This document shows positions 16,673 through 20,599 of a DNA stretch of 20,599 nucleotides, piece after piece (within the stretch, counting starts at the first letter, position 1; each line of letters opens with the position of its first letter). Source of the DNA: a bacterium (GTDB lineage Bacteria > Oederibacteriota > PGYV01 > Palsa-1178); the NCBI GenBank assembly GCA_037138355.1, contig JBAXIL010000031.1, positions 1 to 20,599 on the forward strand, written 5' to 3'. The notes beneath the pieces are model-generated. The model was not told the origin of the DNA, made no database searches, and saw only the letters and a program-made list of their open reading frames with translations. The position numbers were made by a program, and so were the translations under genes.

Positions 16673-17389
16673 GTGTCTGCTTTTGTCGTCTTTATTGCAG
16701 GTCTTTGTATTGGTAGCTTTTTAAATGTATGCATTTATAGAATCCCTAAAAACAAATCAATAACATATCCGCCTTCAACTTGTCCAAAGTGTAATACACC
16801 AATAAAAATTTACGATAATATACCTGTCTTAAGTTACCTTATTCTTCGAGGTCGTTGTCGCACCTGTTCGGAACAAATATCCCTAAAATATCCTTTAGTA
16901 GAGTTTATAACAGGTTTATTGTGTGTTTTCTTCTTCCTTAAGTTTGGACTTGAAAAAATCTATTTTTACCATATAATGATTATATTATACCTAATTGTAT
17001 TGGCTTTTATAGATATCAATGAAAGAATAGTCCCAGATATCATAGTTGCATTTATGATAATCACTGGTTTGTGCTTTGGGGTATTTGAAGTTCGTGCTGG
17101 AATAAGTGTTTTTGATGGTGTAATCGGCGCGGTAAGCGCAGGCATCATAATACAAACTCTTTGTTTTTTTTCTAATGGTAAGATAAGTGAGGGCGATACA
17201 ACACTTATTGCTGCTTTAGGACTTTGTGTAGGTATTAAAGAAATAATATTAATAATAAACTATTCTTTTGTGATAGGCGGGCTTTATGCTTTGCTTATGC
17301 TTTTGCTTGGAAAGCATAAGAAAAACGATGCAATTGCTTTTGTTCCTTTTATAGCGGTCGCATTTATTTTAAGATCATTACTGCAATAA
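16673..17389 (+). CDS. pilD: Prepilin peptidase / N-methyltransferase (A24)
   Basis: GSFLNVCIYRIP, CPKC...CRTC zinc motifs, YPLVE, catalytic Asp motifs FID and EGD, C-terminal AFVPFI. Start codon uncertain. Confidence 0.92.
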   Translation: MSAFVVFIAGLCIGSFLNVCIYRIPKNKSITYPPSTCPKCNTPIKIYDNIPVLSYLILRGRCRTCSEQISLKYPLVEFITGLLCVFFFLKFGLEKIYFYHIMIILYLIVLAFIDINERIVPDIIVAFMIITGLCFGVFEVRAGISVFDGVIGAVSAGIIIQTLCFFSNGKISEGDTTLIAALGLCVGIKEIILIINYSFVIGGLYALLMLLLGKHKKNDAIAFVPFIAVAFILRSLLQ

Positions 17390-17484
17390 TAGAAAGAAAA
17401 ATATATTAAGTTCTGCTGTTTTACTTTGCAGAGTTTTTTATAAATAACAAAGACGCTATCTTGAGTGCGTGAAAAGAGGAAACT

Positions 17485-18663
17485 ATGTTGAGATTTATGA
17501 CAGCAGGAGAGTCACACGGCAAAGGTTTAGTCATAATAATAGATGGAGTTCCCGCAGGACTTAAGTTTAATGAGTCCAGTATAAACCTTATTCTTGCTGA
17601 TAGGCAAAAAGGATATGGTAGAGGAGGTAGGCAAAAAATAGAAACTGACATTGCTGAGATTGTATCAGGAGTCCGTTTTGGTAAGACCACTGGTGCTCCT
17701 TTGTCAGTTATGATAAAGAATAAAGATTTTGAAAATTGGAAGAAAATAATGTCCATTGCTGAAATTACTGGTGAAGTTAAAGAGTTTAATGTGCCAAGAC
17801 CAGGGCATGCTGATTTGACAGGCGGGATAAAATACGGACATCATGATTTTAGAAATGTTTTAGAGAGAGCCAGCGCCAGAGAAACCGCAGCCAGAGTAGT
17901 GTCGGGCGCTTGTGCTAAAGCTATTTTAAAAGAAATAGGAATTGATGTTTTTGGATATGTCATAAACATAGCAGGTGTATTAACTGATGAAGATACGCAT
18001 ATAGGAATCAATGCAATTAAGAATAAAATAGCTTTGCTTGATAAGAAGTTTGGTGCACAACTTCGTTTCCCTGGAGAGAGTGAAATACCTGTCATAATCA
18101 GGAAGATTAAGGATGCGATGGCAGAAGGCGAAACATTAGGCGGAGTAATTAAGGTTATAACCTCACCGCTTCCAATCGGGCTCGGCGATTATACCCAGTG
18201 GGACAAAAAACTTGATGCAAATATATCAAGGTCCTTAATGAGCATACAGGCAATAAAAGGAGTTGAATTCGGACTTGGTTTTGCCTGTGCTGGAACACCA
18301 GGTTCTAAGTTTCACGACAGTATTAATTACACCGCTAAGAGAGGATTCTTCCGTTCATCAAATAACGCGGGAGGTATGGAAGGCGGCATGAGTGATGGAG
18401 AACCGCTGATAGTCAAGGCAGCTATGAAGCCAATATCAACAGTAAAAAAGGGAATTAACTCTGTAAATGCTAAAACAAAAAAGCAGGTTAAGACCGTTTA
18501 TGAGCGTTCCGATATATGTGCAGTTCCAGCCGCGGCAATAGTCGCGGAAGCGGCAGTGGCTTTTGAGGTAGCAAATGCGGCTTTAACTAAGTTTGGTGGA
18601 GACACTGTTGCTGAGTTTAAAATGAACTATACTAATTACATTAAGTATTTAAAAAAATACTAA
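17485..18663 (+). CDS. aroC: Chorismate synthase
   Basis: TAGESHG, RQKGYGRG, PRPGHAD, ERASARETA, NNAGGMEGG, MKPIST, ERSD motifs. Confidence 0.98.
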   Translation: MLRFMTAGESHGKGLVIIIDGVPAGLKFNESSINLILADRQKGYGRGGRQKIETDIAEIVSGVRFGKTTGAPLSVMIKNKDFENWKKIMSIAEITGEVKEFNVPRPGHADLTGGIKYGHHDFRNVLERASARETAARVVSGACAKAILKEIGIDVFGYVINIAGVLTDEDTHIGINAIKNKIALLDKKFGAQLRFPGESEIPVIIRKIKDAMAEGETLGGVIKVITSPLPIGLGDYTQWDKKLDANISRSLMSIQAIKGVEFGLGFACAGTPGSKFHDSINYTAKRGFFRSSNNAGGMEGGMSDGEPLIVKAAMKPISTVKKGINSVNAKTKKQVKTVYERSDICAVPAAAIVAEAAVAFEVANAALTKFGGDTVAEFKMNYTNYIKYLKKY

Positions 18664-18666
18664 ATA

Positions 18667-19203
18667 ATGAAAAATATAATCTTGATTGGATTTATGGGAA
18701 GCGGCAAGACCTCTGTGGCTCGCAAAATAGCTTCCCTAACCAAATTGAAGTTAGAAGATATAGATTTGTGGATAGTCAAATCCGCCAAAATGGAAATAAA
18801 GGAAATCTTTGAAAAATTCGGAGAAGCTTTTTTTCGGAAGTTGGAAACAAAAACTGCGAAAAAAGTATGTGCTCTTAAAAACAGAGTTATTTCAACAGGT
18901 GGCGGAATAGTTACTAAAGCAGAAAACTTTAAGCTATTAAAAAGTGGAGGAACTGTTGTTTACTTGAAAAACAGCTTCGCTACTTCTACTAAAAGACTTG
19001 AAGGCAAGAAGGATAGGCCTTTGTTTGATTTGAGTAAGCTTCAAACAACTAAATTGCTTTTTAATAGCAGACTTAAGTTATATAAAAAGGTAGCAGAGGT
19101 AATAGTCTCAACTGATAATAAAAGCGTTTTACAGGTGGCAAAAGAAGTAATAAAAAAATCGGAGCTAAAAGTTGAAAACAATAAGCTTAGAACTAAAAAG
19201 TAA
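18667..19203 (+). CDS. aroK: Shikimate kinase
   Basis: LIGFMGSGKT P-loop, GEAFFRKLE, STGGG, DRPL; located between aroC and aroB. Confidence 0.96.
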   Translation: MKNIILIGFMGSGKTSVARKIASLTKLKLEDIDLWIVKSAKMEIKEIFEKFGEAFFRKLETKTAKKVCALKNRVISTGGGIVTKAENFKLLKSGGTVVYLKNSFATSTKRLEGKKDRPLFDLSKLQTTKLLFNSRLKLYKKVAEVIVSTDNKSVLQVAKEVIKKSELKVENNKLRTKK

Positions 19204-20257
19204 TCCTTACAATATATACATAGGCAGAGATATCTTGTCGCAAGCAGGTGTATTGTTAAAAAAAACCGCTGCTGGTAAAAAGGTTATGATAGTTAGTAAT
19301 AAAAAAATATATGGTCTATACGGCAAGAAGCTTTCAACAAGTTTGTCGAAATATTTTGAAGTGTCTGTGTTTCTTATGCCTGATGGTGAGAAATACAAAA
19401 CCATAAATACTGTAAATAAAATCTATGATGCTGCCGCAGCAAATCGGCTTGATCGGAACAGTGTGATTGTGGCATTAGGTGGCGGAGTAGTAGGTGATAC
19501 TGCTGGTTTTGCAGCAGCCACTTATATGAGAGGTATAGAAGTAGTACAGATACCTACCTCTTTGCTTGCTATGGTGGATTCTTCCATAGGTGGTAAAACA
19601 GCAGTTGATTTAAAGGCAGGTAAAAATCTTGCTGGTGCTTTTCATCAGCCCTTATTGGTTTTAATTGATTTAAATACATTACAAACGCTCCCTAATGAAG
19701 AATACATAAATGGTATGGCTGAAGTGATAAAATACGGTATTATAATGAATGCTCCGTTTTTTAATTACATAAAGAAAAACTCAGCAAAAATTTTAAAGAA
19801 AGATAAGATAGCCGTGTCTAAAATAGTTGAAGAGTCGGTACAAAGCAAAGCAAAGATAGTGGCAAAAGATGAAAAAGAGATTACTGGTTTAAGGGCTATC
19901 TTAAATTATGGACACACTATAGGTCACGCCATAGAAGCGGAAAGCGGATACAAAAGCTTAAAACACGGTCAAGCAATCACTATAGGAATGCTCGCTGCTG
20001 CTAATATCGCGCTTGATATGAAAATATGTAAGGCAAATACTGTGGCTGAGCAACTTGAAGTGTTTAAGGCATTTGATTTAATAAAGCCCTTAAAAAAATT
20101 AAATATAGAGAATATAGTGAGTAGATTATTGAATGATAAAAAAGTTAAGAATGGTAAAGTTTCTTTTGTATTGGCAAATAAAATTGGTATTGCCAAATTA
20201 AATAAAAATATACCTATGGCAGTAATCAAAGCAGAACTGAAAAATATTTTAAAGTAA
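19172..20257 (+). CDS. aroB: 3-dehydroquinate synthase
   Basis: PDGEKYK, ALGGGVVGD, PTSLLAMVDSSIGGKT, KNLAGAFHQP, AEVIKY, LNYGHTIGHAIE. TTG start with GGAG at 19161-19164; 32-nt overlap with aroK. Confidence 0.97.
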   Translation: MKTISLELKSNPYNIYIGRDILSQAGVLLKKTAAGKKVMIVSNKKIYGLYGKKLSTSLSKYFEVSVFLMPDGEKYKTINTVNKIYDAAAANRLDRNSVIVALGGGVVGDTAGFAAATYMRGIEVVQIPTSLLAMVDSSIGGKTAVDLKAGKNLAGAFHQPLLVLIDLNTLQTLPNEEYINGMAEVIKYGIIMNAPFFNYIKKNSAKILKKDKIAVSKIVEESVQSKAKIVAKDEKEITGLRAILNYGHTIGHAIEAESGYKSLKHGQAITIGMLAAANIALDMKICKANTVAEQLEVFKAFDLIKPLKKLNIENIVSRLLNDKKVKNGKVSFVLANKIGIAKLNKNIPMAVIKAELKNILK

Positions 20258-20345
20258 TAAAGTGAAGTTGGGTTTAAGTTAAGACAGAAACATAATACGA
20301 GGACGGTTTGAAAAACCAATCCTTAAAATGAAAGAGGTAATATAA

Positions 20346-20599
20346 ATGTTTGGAAGGGCAATCACGCGGGCTTTTTGGGTGTTTTATGAAAACTTTTTTA
20401 AAGGTATGATGCTGAATATACTTTTATTTTTTATTTATCTTCCTGTATTTGCACTTGTATGGAAGACGCATATGTTTATATGTATCTTTATTATGGCATT
20501 TATTTGGCATATCATTACACCAGCCATTATGTACTTCTGGGCTAAAATAATCAGGGATGAAGACAGAAAGAATATGTTTTTAGAAATATGGGATGGACT
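20346..20599 (+). CDS. Membrane protein, 5' part only (possibly YesL/DUF624-like); runs off the window and is absent from the ORF track
   Basis: GAGGT at 20334-20338, then ATG 20346 opens MFGRAITRAFWVFYENFFKGMMLNILLFFIYLPVFALVW... with no stop before the window end and two hydrophobic segments. Family guess is weak. Confidence 0.7.
   Translation, partial: MFGRAITRAFWVFYENFFKGMMLNILLFFIYLPVFALVWKTHMFICIFIMAFIWHIITPAIMYFWAKIIRDEDRKNMFLEIWDG

Noticed and set aside
564..20319. All minus-strand ORFs in the track (65-145 aa)
   Set aside because: They lie largely antisense to well-supported + strand genes and show no recognisable motifs.

Overview
AT-rich bacterial window; every credible gene is on the + strand. 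(1) 1-819: a degenerate ~50-55 bp repeat array built from TCTACTn heptamers, with one inverted copy, directly upstream of a 117-aa four-helix-bundle (23S rRNA-IVP/Avd-like) gene. The array is cut by the window edge. (2) 1073-6888: an NtrC-type sigma-54 activator and a REC-histidine kinase, then a -24/-12 sigma-54 promoter with candidate 18-bp enhancer sites. This promoter precedes an M6-family secreted metalloprotease with a YPNPF C-terminal domain, coupled to a PorV/UPF0164-like beta-barrel gene. (3) 7055-14313: a signalling cluster of a MASE1-PAS kinase, a CheB-CheR-PAS fusion with no receptor in the window, a PAS kinase and an Rcp1-like receiver. (4) 14529-20599: a GH13 glycosidase, a lone prepilin with a consensus sigma-70 promoter and terminator, pilD, aroC-aroK-aroB, and a truncated membrane-protein gene. 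The best novelty candidates are the repeat array plus four-helix-bundle module and the sigma-54-controlled protease/barrel cassette. All family calls come from motif recognition by eye; no searches were run.
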